A stretch of DNA of 64,000 nt from Rhizophagus irregularis (lineage: Eukaryota). Each line of letters begins with the position of its first letter. Position 1 is the first letter of the stretch. Of this stretch, positions 38,514 through 53,440 are shown one piece after another. A model generated the notes under the pieces. It searched no databases, had not been told where the DNA came from, and was given only the letters and a program-made list of their open reading frames with translations. The DNA is taken from assembly GCF_026210795.1 (NCBI RefSeq), contig NC_089433.1, positions 4,960,001-5,024,000 of the forward strand. The letters are read 5' to 3'. A program made the position numbers and the translations under genes.

Positions 38514-39957
38514 CTAATTATTGATCCTTTTAAGAAGATTCTCCATTGCAAATATTGATGGCTTGCTCATAGCGGTTAGAATTACTTCATCTGGTGGATT
38601 AATAATATCATTCGCATAATTGTTGGTTGGTCGTCTATGTAAAAAGTTATATTCGATTAATGACGAAACTGCTTCATGACCAATTTCATTGATCAAATTA
38701 TTCTCAAGAATAAATCCTGGACTCCTTATAATGGCATTCATGGTATCAATGAAATCATCTCTATTCCAGGATGGGATAAATTTTCCTGGTAACCTTAGTT
38801 TTTTAGGATAAAGACCAGAATTTAACCAATCAAGTTCTTGTCTGTATTCTGAAAAATCTATGAAATAAAATTTTTTTTTTAATCAAGTCATTAAAGTCGT
38901 TAAATTTAATGAATATGTATTATAAGGAATATAGACACTTACTTTCAAATTTTCCTCTATGAACTTTATATTCATCAACATAATGATCGATTGTTAGCAT
39001 GCGAGTACCAGTAATACTGCAGACATTATCAAATTGACCTTCAAGCTCACCACGAACCTCATAATCTTTTTCAAATATCAAAGTATAAGTATCATTATAT
39101 ACAAAAAGGATAAATATATAGTTAATATATGATTATACCATGTTTAGGAAGCACATGAAGTTCGAAGTATTCCTCAGCTTCTTCTCTGCTCAAATCACCA
39201 ACAATGTATGGAGTTACATATGGAACAAGTAAAACTATTGATAATAAGTGCAAGTATGATGTAGTTAGAATTAGAGAAAAATATAATTATTAATTATAAT
39301 TGACAAAATAAATATACTTTTTGTAATCCAGTTTATAAAAAATGAATCAGAAGAGGTAAGGACTACATGAAAGAACTTATTTTGTTTTGTACAAGTCACC
39401 AGCCAGTTGAGAAATGATATTAGAAGAGATCCTCCTTCTTTTGATTTAGTAAGTTTAGTAAGTTTGGAGAACAAGTGGGCTTCATCAAAGATCAAAAGAG
39501 GTGGTGATTCTATTTTATTTTTCCATAAAGAATATGTCTCAATTGTCTCATCAATCTTTTCAAATAATTCAATGACATCTTTATTAGTAATCTTAAAATT
39601 ATTTTGTTGTTTATATGATAAAGTGTTCAATAATACGCTACAATTTTTAATCAAGTTTGAATTATTTGCGAAGAATTGACGAAATTGTGCAGAAATTGAA
39701 CAATACAAGTTTTCTGGTGTATCAAATGAACCAGTACGGCAGTCAATAATAAGAGGGTTGACATCACACATTTTTGCTACATCACGAATCAAAGTGGTTT
39801 TTCCAGAATTAGGAGGGCCTAAGATGACATGAATTCTTGGAATATTATAGCTAAATGCCTCTTTAAACTTTTTAATTTCTTGATGTCGATAGAAATAAGG
39901 CCTCATACAATTATGAGGCGAAGTTGATAGATGTCTTAAAGATCTAGTCACAGACAT
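38514..39957 (-). CDS. P-loop ATPase (archaeal ATPase/AAA-like domain), ~4 exons
   Basis: Walker A GPPNSGKT, Walker B LLIFDEAH, HVVLTSSDSFF; later exons encode VGDLSREEAEEYF, ITGTRML, LIEYNFLH. R/S-rich N-terminus resembles a mitochondrial presequence. Confidence 0.85.
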
Positions 39958-41590
39958 GATGAAATTTTTTTATTGAATAGCAGTAAAGATAAGTTTACTC
40001 TTAAAATATAAATCATGGAGTAAATTCTGATGCATTATCAGTTGTACAAACTGATCAATTAATTGCCGACAAAGCTTAAGCCACAAATCAGTAAATACTC
40101 ACATAATGGAGATTTCAATAATTGTTATAATAATATTATTATTTTTTTAGTTCAGATTCTTACTTTTCTGCAAAATTTGCAAAATTTACTTTTGAAATTA
40201 CTAATATCAGTAATATGTATTTTTTTTCGCAAATATGTAACTCAAATATTAATGTAACCTGATTTATTATTTAGTTCGAATAATATATTCTGAAACTTTA
40301 TACTTTTAGAACATTTATTATATAATGAATTCGCAAAATATTTTTTTCAGGAGTTTAAAATTATTTTTATCAATTACAATATATTGTATTGTATACGTTC
40401 ACTCACTGCCACAATTAATCAAAGTTTCACAATTTATGGCAAATTATGATTATAATTAACAAGCAATAAGATTTTGTAAAAAAACTGATTTATAAAAAAA
40501 TATAATTACATAATTTTTTTTATTCGGTACTACAATTTTTTTACATTATATTAAAATCAATGTGTATATATTTATTTTAACAGATTAGTTATAGAAAGTA
40601 TTTATAAATTTTTATCCCATACTACAACTCTAATGGTAAGTCACCATATTTTTTTACGTACTAATCAATAAATTTATTTGTTAAATATTTAAGTTTGCTC
40701 TTTTTAATAAAATAATTAAAGTTCAGAGTTTTTGTTATCATCTTAATTTGCTTAATCATTAAATAACTTCGAGGGTTTAATTTGATAAACGAGGGTTAAT
40801 GATAATTGTTAAAAATGCAATTACAGTATATAATAATCAAAATGTAATAAATAATTAATAATTTGCTCTTTTATCGAATTCCTCTTTATTAAAATTTAAT
40901 ATCTTTAACTTGCTTTTTGGATTTCTCATCAAAATCTTTCAATTATTCGAAAAGTAGTTAAATAGTAGTTAAATGTGGATAATTCTAAAATCAACAAAAT
41001 TTATAAATATATCCATAAGTTTGTGATAAAAAATTTATTTTCTTCTTAATTACAAGTAATAATTCGGAAGTTTACCATTAAATTGTATTCGAATTTATAA
41101 TATTCATACAGTATACTATTAGATAATCATTAAATTGTCTTACATAAAACCGATGTTGCAATATATATTATAATGGGATGTTAATCGGATATTATCAATA
41201 TAATAATCGATATTGATAATTCTAGTAAATTAATTTTGTAATAAATATTTCATATAGTTCAAATTACAGATCATGTTTATTGTAATTCTATTCTATAATT
41301 TCTTATAATTTGAACAAATCACAAATTAGAATAAATGTTAAAAAAATAAACTATTTAAATTACAAACTAAGAAATCTATAAAAATCTGTTACTCTAGTCT
41401 TAGTGTTTAAATAATTCTAAATAAAAAAATGTGATAGGAATGAATTAGCCGTAAAAATGTATCATATTTTATCGTTTCGGCTGGATTATCTAACGGATTT
41501 TCGTTAATTCAAAATCCATCTATAAAAAAAATAAAATTTATTTGAACAATTAACAATTTATTATTAAAAATTTGATCTTTTAAATATTTT

Positions 41591-43945
41591 TTAATAATCA
41601 CCTTCCGGAATTTCTAAATTTTCTTGATCTTCTGAATGAAGGTTTGCATTGTTGGTAATTTCATCTTCTTCCACATCTATTGATGTAAAGTAACAAATAA
41701 AAGTTTAGTCAAAATCCTATTAATAATTGACCAAAGACTGATGCAAAATATAATCAACTCCTAATTAAAATGTAACATTTCTTACCATCATTTGCAATAT
41801 AACGTTTTTGTATATATTGGAATTCTACTTATTATAATTTAATTTTAATAAAATTTATTTATTATAAAACGAAAGATTTTACTAATTTAAAATGATTAAT
41901 TACCTTTATTATTTGATAATTTTATTTTTTTAGACTTGATATTATGATTTACATCGTCTTTATCGTCATCTGTTTAAATAATTGAAAAAAGTCTTTTTAA
42001 TGCAAATTTACTTATCATTAATTGAAAATAATATAATATATTTATTACCATTAAAATTATTTCTTTTAGATTTGCCTTTTACTTCTTTATCTATAAAATT
42101 AATTTTGAATTACTAAAATATATATGAATAATGTTAATATTTTTAAATTATTATATTAATCTTACTGATTGCTGTAGAATTATTTGGTTCAATTTGATGT
42201 TCAGTTTGCTCAGATATAATATCTTCAATTTCTAAAACAAAAATAAGTATAATTATTTGAAAATAAAGTAAATTTCTTAATATACAATGTATAAACTTAC
42301 TACTTGGAATGCTTAAGTTTTGTTGCATACTATGATAAGCTAGAAATATAAATAATTTAATACCTTCTAATATACCAAATAAATAATAACAATAAATAAA
42401 TGTAGTACCTTCTTGTTCTTCTATTAATTTAATAAAGAATAAATTACAAAATTATTAGATATAGCTAACATACGAATGAATTTTAATTATAATTTATTTA
42501 CCTTCAGTAGCATTTTTTGGTTCATGTAAATTTTCAAAAATGTGAAATTTACTAACTTTCCTAACTAATGAATTAATAGAACCAGAATCTGTATAATTAT
42601 TTGTTGCACATATATCATCTATCTGCTGTTCATTATTTTCATTTTGATAGTGTAATTTTCGAATTTCCGCAATTTCATCCTTGAGATACCAAATGTCGGG
42701 TCTTTCTGCTGGATTTGCATTCCAACATTGTTCCATTAATTTTTTATACCTTAAAGGAGTTCCTGGCATTACTTTTGGTCTCATCCCATTTATTATCTTC
42801 AATGCTAAATCACAATCGTGTTCAAAATTAATAAAAGGTGGTTGACCAGATGAAACTTCCCACATTAGCATCGCAATACTATAAATATCAGATGCAAAAG
42901 TACTTTCTTTTCCACAAATAATTTCTGGTGCTATATAAGGAAGATTTCCATATATACTATTTTCTGGTTTATTGGCTGGTCCACAAAACCCGAGATCACC
43001 AACGTGAAAAGTATTTTCAGGTTGTATAGTTAATATATTTCCAGAATGTAAATCTCTATGAATTGTATTCTCTTTATGGATCGAATAAAGTGAACTAATT
43101 ATATCACACATAATGCCAGCCTTTTCCTTCCATGTAAGTTTATAATGATTTTGTTGTAAATATTTTCTTAAATCAATACCCATTTTCATCATTACAAGCA
43201 TATAATTTCCATCCGGTTGATCTCTTGTTAAACCATGACATTTTACCAAATTACCCCATCTGTTATTTATATTCAAATGATATTTACACTACAAATTACA
43301 AAATTTTCAAAAATATAGTTAACATTGAACTATTATCTTATTAGAGCTTAATTATACCTCATCAAACCAATTTCTGCTAGCACTTTCAACATTTTCTAAC
43401 TTCTTAAGTATTACTTCAAGCATTCCATATCTTTTTAGTTGTTGCTCTTTATTATCCCATTTATGGTATGGCCCGTTAATCCAATCTGCTGTATAGATTT
43501 TAGAGCATCCACCTTCAGTTAAATATTTAACATTCTGTAAACTGTTGTAAGGTATCCATTCTACTATCCTATGTGGAATAGATGTTTCCATTTGACAACT
43601 TTGTATTAAATTATCAATATCAACATTTTTAGATGTCCAATTTGAAAATTTTGCTATTAAATAATCTCGAACACAATATTCACAATATAATGTAGCTAAG
43701 CATTCTTTTTGACAATTTTCACAAATCCTTATTGTTCCTGAATTATAAAGAATTTTCTCATCATCAAAACAGATGTCTAAGATTTCATTTATTGCATATG
43801 ACTTTTCATCATCTGTAAGAGATTCATCAGCAAGAATAACTTGTTTTCTGAATTTATGTATTTTTTCTATATGATTATTATAATCTGATAATGATCTTGC
43901 TCTATTTACCACAGCATTAACCAATTCTTTTCAAATATTAGACAT
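41591..43945 (-). pseudogene. TKL-like kinase with N-terminal Cys-rich region and many small 3' exons; premature TGA at codon 5
   Basis: ATG TCT AAT ATT TGA AAA GAA TTG at 43945; CENCQKECLATLYCEYC, EGGCSKIY, HRDLHSGN, DLG, APE; tail NLHSEDQENLEIPE. Paralogue of 60587-62940. Confidence 0.8.
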
Positions 43946-44115
43946 GTTGAAATGTTAAAATTCGGTTGATTATTTTATAAATGTAAAAAATGTTAACTAT
44001 CTAGAAGAGGAAAAGAATTAAAATGCATTTTTTTTTAGACTGGAACTTTATTTATAATAGCCAATGATCGGCATAAAATTCTAGGATTCTGATTGTTCTG
44101 CAGGTGCAGTGTGAC

Positions 44116-45543
44116 TATACTTGCCGCCCATTTAAAATCCCCTCCCATCCCCTCCCATCCCCTCCCCTCCCCTCCCATATCTCATCCCATCCCAAATCCC
44201 AATCCCAAATCCCATCCCATCCCAGATCCCAAATACTTGTGTAACAGTTCTCCCATTGGCCAATTATCACGTGACGTTACACAGACTTCCAAAAAAAGGA
44301 AATTTTGCCTCCCGCAAAAAATGGGCGGATTTGGTTTCACAAGTATTCCAAAAAAGGAAATTTCTATGCCGATCACATAATTCCGGCCGTAATATTTTAG
44401 TTTTCGAAGTCTAATGTTAATTCAGGTCAGAATTTAGTTTAAATCCTTATCCTACATACCCAAATTTTTAAGAGATTTACCGATCAGATTTTAATGAAAT
44501 TTATATCATTGGATTTGTCTCGATGCAAGGAATTTAATGGCAGTGAAATTATATTCCTAACATTAATATTGACTAAGTTATTATAAAAAATATATTTTAT
44601 AATATATATTATTAAATAACATGTATAAAGCAAGCAATAATTGGTTACTTTTAATATAAAAAGTTTTTAAAATATATTTATTCAATTTATTATTTTATAT
44701 TTTTTATTACAATTTAACTTTGAATTAACTTAAACCTATCTATTAATTCATCAAAAAAAGTTTGATTATTTATTTCTAATATATATAATTTGATAGATAT
44801 TATTATTATTGCATAAATATTTAATAAAATAATATTTACAAACCATGAATTAATTAACTGTTAATCTAAAAAAACAATATCAGCAGATATCATCAAAATT
44901 ATTAATTCAAATAAAATAATCAATATATTACTGAATACTAACTGCTAACATGTTACTTTTAAATAATATATAGTATAAAAATACATTTTTTATAATAAAT
45001 CAGTCAATATTAATTTTAGAAATATGATTTCACTACCATTTAATTCCTTGCATCAAGACGAATCCAAAGATATAAATTTCATTAAAATCTGATCAGTAAA
45101 TCTCTTAAAAATTGGGTTTGTAGGATAAGGATTTAAACCTTTATAATTTGTAATTCCGGCCGGAGTTAAAATATAAACTTCGTAAATCTGTTCGGGATCT
45201 TAATTTTGCTCATATTCTGGTAATGGATGCAATGCTGGCCAGAATTATATGATCGGCGTATAAATTTCCTTTTTTGGAATACTTGTGAAACCAAAATCTC
45301 TCAATTTTTGCGGGAAGCAAAATTTCCTTTTTTGGAAATTTGTGTAACGTCACGTGATAATTGACCAATGAGATTATTTGGGATAAGGGATGGGATAAGG
45401 GATATGGGATATGGGTGGGATTGGGATTTGGGATTGGGATGGGATTTTGGCAAATGGGAGGGGATTTTGGCAAAAGGGATGGGATATGGGATGGGATGGG
45501 ATAGGGGATTCTCCCATCCCATTTAATATGGGTGGCAAGTATA
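44116..45543. mobile_element. hAT-like foldback element (1428 bp) with long inverted arms
   Basis: TIR TATACTTGCC(G/A)CCCAT; perfect 8-bp TSD AGTGTGAC (44108-44115, 45544-45551); ATCCC/GGGAT subterminal repeats; arms ~44250-44600 versus ~44980-45370 are inverted homologues. Confidence 0.93.
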
Positions 45544-45857
45544 AGTGTGACACAAAATTTGGAACTTTATTTATAATTCCGTTTATTTTGTGCTAATTAG
45601 GCAGTATTGCCGATTATTGTCATAAAATTCTAGAATTATGTCTAGAATTCTGACAAAGAAACTGTTAGTCCGCCGTTTCTGCAAGTGCAGTGTGACACAA
45701 AATTTGGAACTTTATTTATAATTCCGTTATTCGTGCTAATTAGGCAATATTGCCGATGATCGGCATAAAATTCTAGAATTATGTCTAAGAATTCTGACAA
45801 AGAAACTGTTAGTCCGCCGTTCTGCACTTCTGCAAGTGCAGTGTGACACAAAATTGG
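45544..45857. repeat. ~140-155-bp tandem repeat upstream of the kinase (a further partial unit at 44040-44115)
   Basis: GTGTGACACAAAATT at ~45545, ~45690 and ~45841; TGGAACTTTATTTATAAT at 44041, ~45560 and ~45705. Confidence 0.85.
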
Positions 45858-46135
45858 ATTAAATTTAGTAATCCCTGAATAAATTAAGTTTCACGAATTT
45901 TTTAGGATAAATTATCACATAAATTATCACAAAATTTAATTATTTGATCATCCAACCATTACCAGTTTAATCTTTCTTTAATTTAATAAAATAATTTTAA
46001 TTTATCTATTTTCACCTTTAACATCATTATTTTTTGATCTATATAGAAATAAAAATCCTTTGTTGATAAAATAAAAGAATAAATGAATATTAAATTATAA
46101 GGTTTATCTCATTAGAAGTATAATATGATTAGGTA

Positions 46136-47092
46136 TAATGTTCCGAAAGGAACGAGTCAGGTCGGGTTTGAGAATGTACTTGAACTCGACCCGAGTATAA
46201 AAACCAAACTCGATAAATATTTGGGTTTACATTTATATAACTCGACCCCTGACCCGACTTGACATAGTTTAACTTCTGAAATAACCTGAGTCAAATAAAT
46301 TTCAAAACAAGTTCATTTATGATCAGTAAGACAATAGGCCACTCAACTTTTACTAGTAAAATTCGATAAATTTTCATATTTTTATTATAGTAAAACAAAA
46401 ATATTTTATATTATTTAATAATTTTTGGCGTATATCTACAGCAACATGTTAATAATAATATCCAACTTTTCATATTGTACACGTTATGGACCGAAGTTGG
46501 TTCAATGAATGATAAGAATAGTCTCAATAATCGTCATAATTATTTTTAATGTAAAATTTAAATTTTAAAATTTATAATCTCATTAGATGTTTCTTTTCAT
46601 ACCCTACACCATCAAGACTTTCAAGCACATACATGCACAGATTGTATTAGTTTTGAGATTGAATCTTTCATAGCTCATTGTCTTTTTGGAACACAACCTA
46701 TGTTCACATAAACGTCCACTTTGATTTCTATCAAATCAATTTTAAAAACCATAAACTTCTCAATGAGTCTTTACATTTTTTATATTGGTGATGGAAATTT
46801 CTCTTCTTCAAAAGTTCTCTAATAAAAAGTTTGTTTCAAAAGAATTTCGCTTTCCAAGAGAGCTTCACACATCTTAATAATATAATTAAAAATTAGAAAT
46901 TAAAAATTACGTAATATAAACATAATCTCATTCATTTAATCATCTGATTAAAACCCGAGTCAACCAGGGAAGTAAAGGAATGGCGGGTTGGATCGAATCC
47001 AGGACTCATGTCAAAAAATGAAAGAACCGATCTGGAATTTAAACACGAGTTGGGTCAAATAACCCGGGTCTGACCTGACTCTTTGAACACTA
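46136..47092 (-). mobile_element. Degenerate hAT element with transposase C-terminal relic
   Basis: Imperfect TIR TAATGTTC..GAGTCAGGTC / GACCTGACTCTTTGAACACTA; GACCCGA subterminal motifs; minus-strand KTNTICACMCL at ~46620-46660 resembles the hATC dimerisation motif. TSD is not clean. Confidence 0.65.
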
Positions 47093-48829
47093 AATTTAGG
47101 TAATTGAGTCAAAGATTATATATCATTCTCTCTTGAGAAAAAACAATGCAGAATAAATTTTAACATTAAAATTATCTAAAAAAAAAACAATTTAAAATAA
47201 TTTAAAAATACTCTAGCAATTATTTAATTAGTAATCTAGTAAATACTGTAAATTACAGGAAAATATGACATCTGGAATGGAATTCCAAAGATTTCCATTA
47301 ATGTCATATTATACGTCCTATAACGAAAATATACATTATTTTTTTAAATATTAGGTAAACCAAACTTTGATGAACATTTTGAGTGTAAAATATATATTAA
47401 ATTAATTTAAATTAATTTAAATGTGAAATTTCAAAATTTAAAAAATTGAGTCGCCAACTCCTGATTAAATAATTTGTTGTCAATATTCTAATATACTTTT
47501 TTTTTAAAAAAAAAAAAATCGGGATTATCTAATTTTAAAATATATGATGCGGTAATTTTTTTTATTTTTTTCGCCAAAAGATTTGAACCTGTATAATATC
47601 AAGTTTTATTATTATATATTATTACGGACATTTTTATTGAGGCGTTTGTGTTTTTTTCCTTTTTTCATTGTTGTAAGACCTAAGCCCGTGATAAATCACG
47701 TTTCCCACCACCTTATTAATAATAGCTTGGTTTAATAATGCTAAAGAATAATTAAATATTTATCCTAATATTCAAATAAATCTCCAAATTCGTAACCTGA
47801 TTTTCCACAAGGTCAATATTTACGCCTTTATATATGAATCCGTAAATAACCTCCTAAAGAAACATTCTGCGCCTCTTACCACTATGTTTTACTGCAAAAA
47901 CCTAAAATTTCCTATCTCATATAATTTCTGCTTATACGAACTACAAGTATTAGTACTTGTTATTTTTCATGTTTTTGAAATTTTCATTTTTCTTCGTCTT
48001 GACCCTCAAAACCATTTCCTTAAATGTTGATCTACAAATTAATCACTTGATTTCCTAATCATCTGATAATCATCTGACTCCTACTATAAAATGATCTATT
48101 AGTTTAACGTCATCCCGGACGTTACATTTATAACGTCACTAAAAATTTATACCAAATATAATACTACGCCTCATAATTAATAAATTTACTAGGTATATTA
48201 CGGCATTACATTGTAAAGGCCATTTTTGTTAAGGCGTTATTGTATTTTTTTCCTTTTTCCATTATAAAGGCCATTTTTGTTGAGGTGTTATTGTATTGTT
48301 TCCTTTTTTCATTGTAAAGGTTTTTTTTTTGAGAACGGAAATTACCGAATTTTATATTCTGATCATCATATTACTTTTCACATGATTGTACTTAGAATAT
48401 TGAAATCACATGATCAATATTATATTCAGTAAACTTTGTTTTATTTTTTATTTAAACAGAGTTAACAGACTACTAACGCTAACATGTCTTGTTTATCTCA
48501 TGAACGAAGCTACTTGTTGATAAAACGATAATACTAAAAAAATGCTTATTCTAAAAACTTGCCGAAATTCACGTGATCAGTCGAGACGTACCATTTTTAT
48601 GACAGGACATCCTATACAAAATTAATAATCCAAAATTCAATATTTAGTTTTTGTATTGATTTGCCCACAACGTAGTCAATCATAAAGGTTATTTTAACCA
48701 AAATACAAACTAAAATACTTTAATCAAAGTTAATATAATAAATACAGTATATAAATTAAAAAAAATAATAATTTTCTAATAAGAAAATTTATAAGAAATT
48801 CAGCATTTTGGGTCAAACTTTATCTTCTT

Positions 48830-50448
48830 TTAAACTATATTATTATCATCATTATAGTCATCATCGTTTTTGTCACCTAAAAGCTCTAAATTTTCATTAC
48901 GAATATTTAAATGTTTTTCATATCTTTTACGTGTTTTTCCTAACTCATTTAGATAATCACTATCAATATAATACTCTTTTAACAAAATTTCTAATACGGC
49001 TACTCTATCTTCAATTTTACCGTCTGGTGGCAGTTTACGTGGATCTTCTACTAATGGTATTCCTCCACGAGAGACGTATCTATTTGCTAAATATTTTTTT
49101 AACCTCCGACGAAGTGGCCAACAACTTAACAAGTGTGTTTGACAAATTCCCCTTAAAAAAATAAATAATAATAAATTGTTAATAATATTTTTTAAATACT
49201 TATTATAAAATATGTTAATAATTACCATGGAGAAAGTTTTGATGCTCCAAATAGTAAAACAAATATCCCGCTTATAACACTATAAAAACCACCAAAGTTT
49301 TCTATAAGTTTTTTAACTAAATAAAGAAGGAAAATTTATTATAAAAAATGAATAAATTAATATTCAAATACAAAAAAATTTTAATATTTAAAATTATTAA
49401 TTACCGTCATTTTTAAATGTCATAATATCATCATCAACTACGAACTTATATTTCTGTGACAATTCTAACACAGTGAAAGCATTCGGTATTTGTGCAAGTA
49501 TTTTTTCTTTAATTACAATATCCATTCTATCTCTACCTGCATCAAAACCAAGAAATCCAGTAAGATATGAAGAATAATATTTCATACTTTTGTAATAAAA
49601 ATCATACACATGATATTGTCCTGGAGTAATAAAGTATTGGTTAAGAATTAATTTCATCTCAATAATATCATTATACATCGTAATTTTGGTAAATGATTTA
49701 AAACTAATTTCGAAATAATCATAAATTGTCGAATTATCTAAATCAAGAACAAAGAGAAGTTTTTTATTAAATTTATGATTGACGTTTTCATTGTCAGGGG
49801 TAAATTTCATGCAACTATTAGTAACATTAGTAAAAAATTCGGTACTTCTAGGAATTGAATTATTGTTGTATAAATCGTTTATCATGTTTGGATAAAATTC
49901 CTTCATAGCTGTGAAATTAACAAAATAATTAATTTTAAAAAATCAATCGTCAAATTTTAATATCAATAAACTTACTTTTATTGTCATTATCTTTATCATA
50001 GAAAGAATAATTTTTAGGAATATACAATTGTGAACTTATTGCGTATAATTTGTATACCGATATTTTTAATGATGAATTGTTGTCGTAATTGTCTTTTATT
50101 ATGAAGTTAACAAGTATAATGAATACTACATCTTAAATAATGTTTTTTCGAAAAAAAAAAAAATGTTGCAAACTCTTACTTAAAGTTCTTGAACAAATTT
50201 CAAACTCTATTTAAAAGAAAAAAAAAGTTTAAGATTTTATATTATATATAATTTATTGGAAATTGTTAAATACCTGGATATGAAATTGTTATCAATTTTT
50301 TAGTATTAATTTCAGAAATGAATTCGCTAAATGAATTCCAACCATAATAAACAAGAACACATGAAAAGACAACAGCAATCAATAATCGCAATATGCTGAA
50401 AAATTTAGGTTCTGTTTTTTTAAAATGGAAAGATTCTAAAAAAAACAT
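48830..50448 (-). CDS. Two-TM membrane protein with large loop (DEG/ENaC/P2X-like topology), copy 1; ~6 exons
   Basis: TM1 ILRLLIAVVFSCVLVYYGW; beta-rich loop; TM2 LIENFGGFYSVISGIFVLLFGASKLSPW; tail LEILLKEYYIDSDYL. Confidence 0.8.
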
Positions 50449-50923
50449 TTTTAATATGATAAAGTTTTGGTTCCTGACCCAGAAAATATATATAAAAGAG
50501 GTTCGAGTATGATCACGTAGATCTTTCCTGTTATCATAATTCCGGCCCTAAAAAATTATGTACCTTACCCCTGCATATCTCATATTTCTGGTCCTACTGA
50601 TCTACAAGAGAATATAGGTAGAGTATGATATGACCTACATGGTATGGTGCTAAAATTGGCAGGTATGATTATTATGTACAACAGAATGAATATTTTATAC
50701 AAGAACTTTAGTAGATCTTAATTAATTGGTGTTTTATTTTCGAAATTGTTCTTCAATTATCCTACAATTGTTATTTTGAATGAAACGTATACAAGTTAAA
50801 GATTTGTGTTGATACCATAATACTACCAAAGTTTCGTACTACTGTACCTTTACTTAATTAAGTGATTTAAACGTACATTAATAAATAGAATTTTTATCTT
50901 GCAAAAATAATTATATCCAAAAT

Positions 50924-52446
50924 ATGCAGAAATTTTCTTTTTATTTTAATAACTTCAAAAAATATTTACTAATATTCCTGAAACATTTGCAGAATTTAGA
51001 GTTTTTATTTAATGCAATCATTTGTATAAATTCTCTGGTTGCCTTGATTGGAAATTTATTCGTTTGGACTAGTATTGCTAATATGGATTACTATTATAAA
51101 GGGGAAGATCTTGTTATTGTGTTTGACTTGTTTTCAATGTCAAGTTTAACGATTATATCAGGAGTTGTTACAGTAATTATAGTAAACTATTTCTTAAATA
51201 ATGTTAATAATGTTAACTTTTAAAATGATAATTTTATTTTATTGTATTTTATAGGCAACATTAAGAACTCACGATCATACAATAATATATTTTATCACGA
51301 ATGCAGCATACATTTTATATATATATTACGCATTATTTAACAATATAGATATTCCTGACTATAAGTGGATTATGTATTTACATATAACAATAATGTTACT
51401 TTTATTTATTGTATACATTCGGTTACATCGGAAAAGGTAATAAATTAATCTTTATACATTATAAAATTACTCGATAACCCTCTAAAATTCAATTCACGTA
51501 TTAGGGAAAGGGGTGACAAAGATAAAAGGAATGACGAAAATAAAGGAAACGACGAAGTTCCGAAAATTTCAAGTTAAATTTTCACATTTGTTATATTAAA
51601 ATTCTTCATATACTTTCCTAATTATTGTTTTTTGTATGTTTATATTAGAAATTTATAAGGGATATAATAGACAAAAAATTTTGTGTCATGCACAAATTTT
51701 AGTTGCTTTGTGTTCGCAATTTACTTATATAGCTTTAATGATAGAAGACGAAACTATTGTGGAAAATCCGTTTGATCTCTTGAGATATGTAACTTGGCCA
51801 AATGTCCTTTTATGTTTAATTGTTATAATGATGATTAAAGGAGTAAATAATTCAAATTTTTTTTACTTGTATTTTTTCTCAAAAAAAAAAAAAAAATGAA
51901 AAAAAGTAATTAATTATAATACTTATTTATTTAAGGTTCGCGAAGAATCAGGATGTATAATGCTCTTATTTTACATTGCTAGTTTTATTCTTTATGGATT
52001 TTATGTTTATATATCAATAGACGCAATTAAAGTATTAACTTCACAAGACTATTTAGATAACCCTGGATATATATTAGGTACTGTAAATGCGACAAAAATT
52101 GTAATACGGTATTTTACTTTCAAGAAATTTAAACTAATCGATTTTATTTATTTATTTATTTCACTTATAGAGAAAAAAATTGATCTTATTGTGAATATAA
52201 TTTCATTTTGTATAACAACAATTACAATGATAAACTCAATAATTTGCCATAAGAATTTCGGAGCGGAAAAAAAATTTAAAGATCATCGTAAGTAAAAAAA
52301 AAAAAATTTATTTTATTTAGAACTTACAAGAAGGATTTACCTATAATATTTATTATTTAGTTTTAAATGATGAACTGAAACATTTTAAGGAATCATATTA
52401 TTATAAAGATGATATTGATGAATATTATAATAGTAACAACCCTTGA
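50924..52446 (+). CDS. Multi-pass (~7 TM) membrane protein, copy 1; ~7 exons
   Basis: Hydrophobic exons with GT-AG introns; motifs HAQILVA..SQFTY, PFDLL.Y..WP, VREES, MINSIICHKNFG; stop at 52444-52446. Confidence 0.75.
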
Positions 52447-52869
52447 ATCATGTATCCTTTGTATAGTAGTATTACAGTGTTTATTTTTTTAAACATTGAA
52501 TTTTTTAAATGTTTTGAAGTAATTAATAATATTTTCAATAAAAAATTTATAAATAAATAGTAAATTTTATAAATGAAATAAATTCGTGAGAATAAAAAGT
52601 CGATAATTAATGAACTCTATTTATTACCTACCTATGTGTTTTGAGCATCAAAAATTGTAATAAAAGGTTCAAATTGGCATTATAAAGTTTTTTTTATATG
52701 GCAACTATGGCAACGCACATTTCTTTATTAGATATAAGTATAAATACATTATCTGACAAGAAATTCATAGTAGTATAAAAATACACTATCTACCATACCA
52801 TATTATGTATGGCTGTATTATGTACTAATATAGTATTCAATACCACTTTTGTTGCTCTATCTAAAAAAA

Positions 52870-53440
52870 AACTACTACTATTGTATTAATCATTTTATTT
52901 TTCTTGTCCTTCTACCTTGTATCTGATTCTTCTGTTTCGACGTTTATACGCTTCTTGCCTTCTTTTATACCGTCGTTTTCCACTTCTTGTGTCTTTTAGT
53001 AACCTTGCTGGGCATTTAGCGTTAACTTCATGATGTTCTTTAAAATCTTCATTCAAGACCGACCGTTGGATTTGCTTTACCTTTTTTTTTCTAACCATTG
53101 TTTTTGCTAAAACCTTTATTGCGTCAAATTTAAGCTTTTCCCATTCTTTCATGAGAAGACAATCATCTATATTTTTTGCGTCTAAAACATGAAAATTTAT
53201 ATTCATAGCTTTCCTTCTTCAGTTCCACAAATATCAGATTAACGGGGCTTTATCCATTTCTTCTTTTTTTCCCTTCTTAAATCGTTGATGATAAGCATTA
53301 TCGTAATTTTTGATTAAGCAAATTTTTATAATGGAGAAACTAAGTTCATGATTCATGCGAATTAAAAACCAAACATTCCTTAGTATTTTTTTACTTTTCA
53401 TTATGATACATAAAAAATAATGAATTTTGTTTTCGATTAA
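52870..53440 (-). pseudogene. K/R-rich intronless ORF relic, probably retroelement-derived, between the duplicated units
   Basis: Broken purine-rich frames 53455-53234 and 53206-52895 ending in a basic tail; absent from the paralogous unit. Confidence 0.4.

Noticed and set aside
44093..45596. Pro- and Gly-rich ORFs (44093, 44182, 45210, 45301, 45411)
   Set aside because: Translations of the ATCCC/GGGAT subterminal repeats of a transposon.
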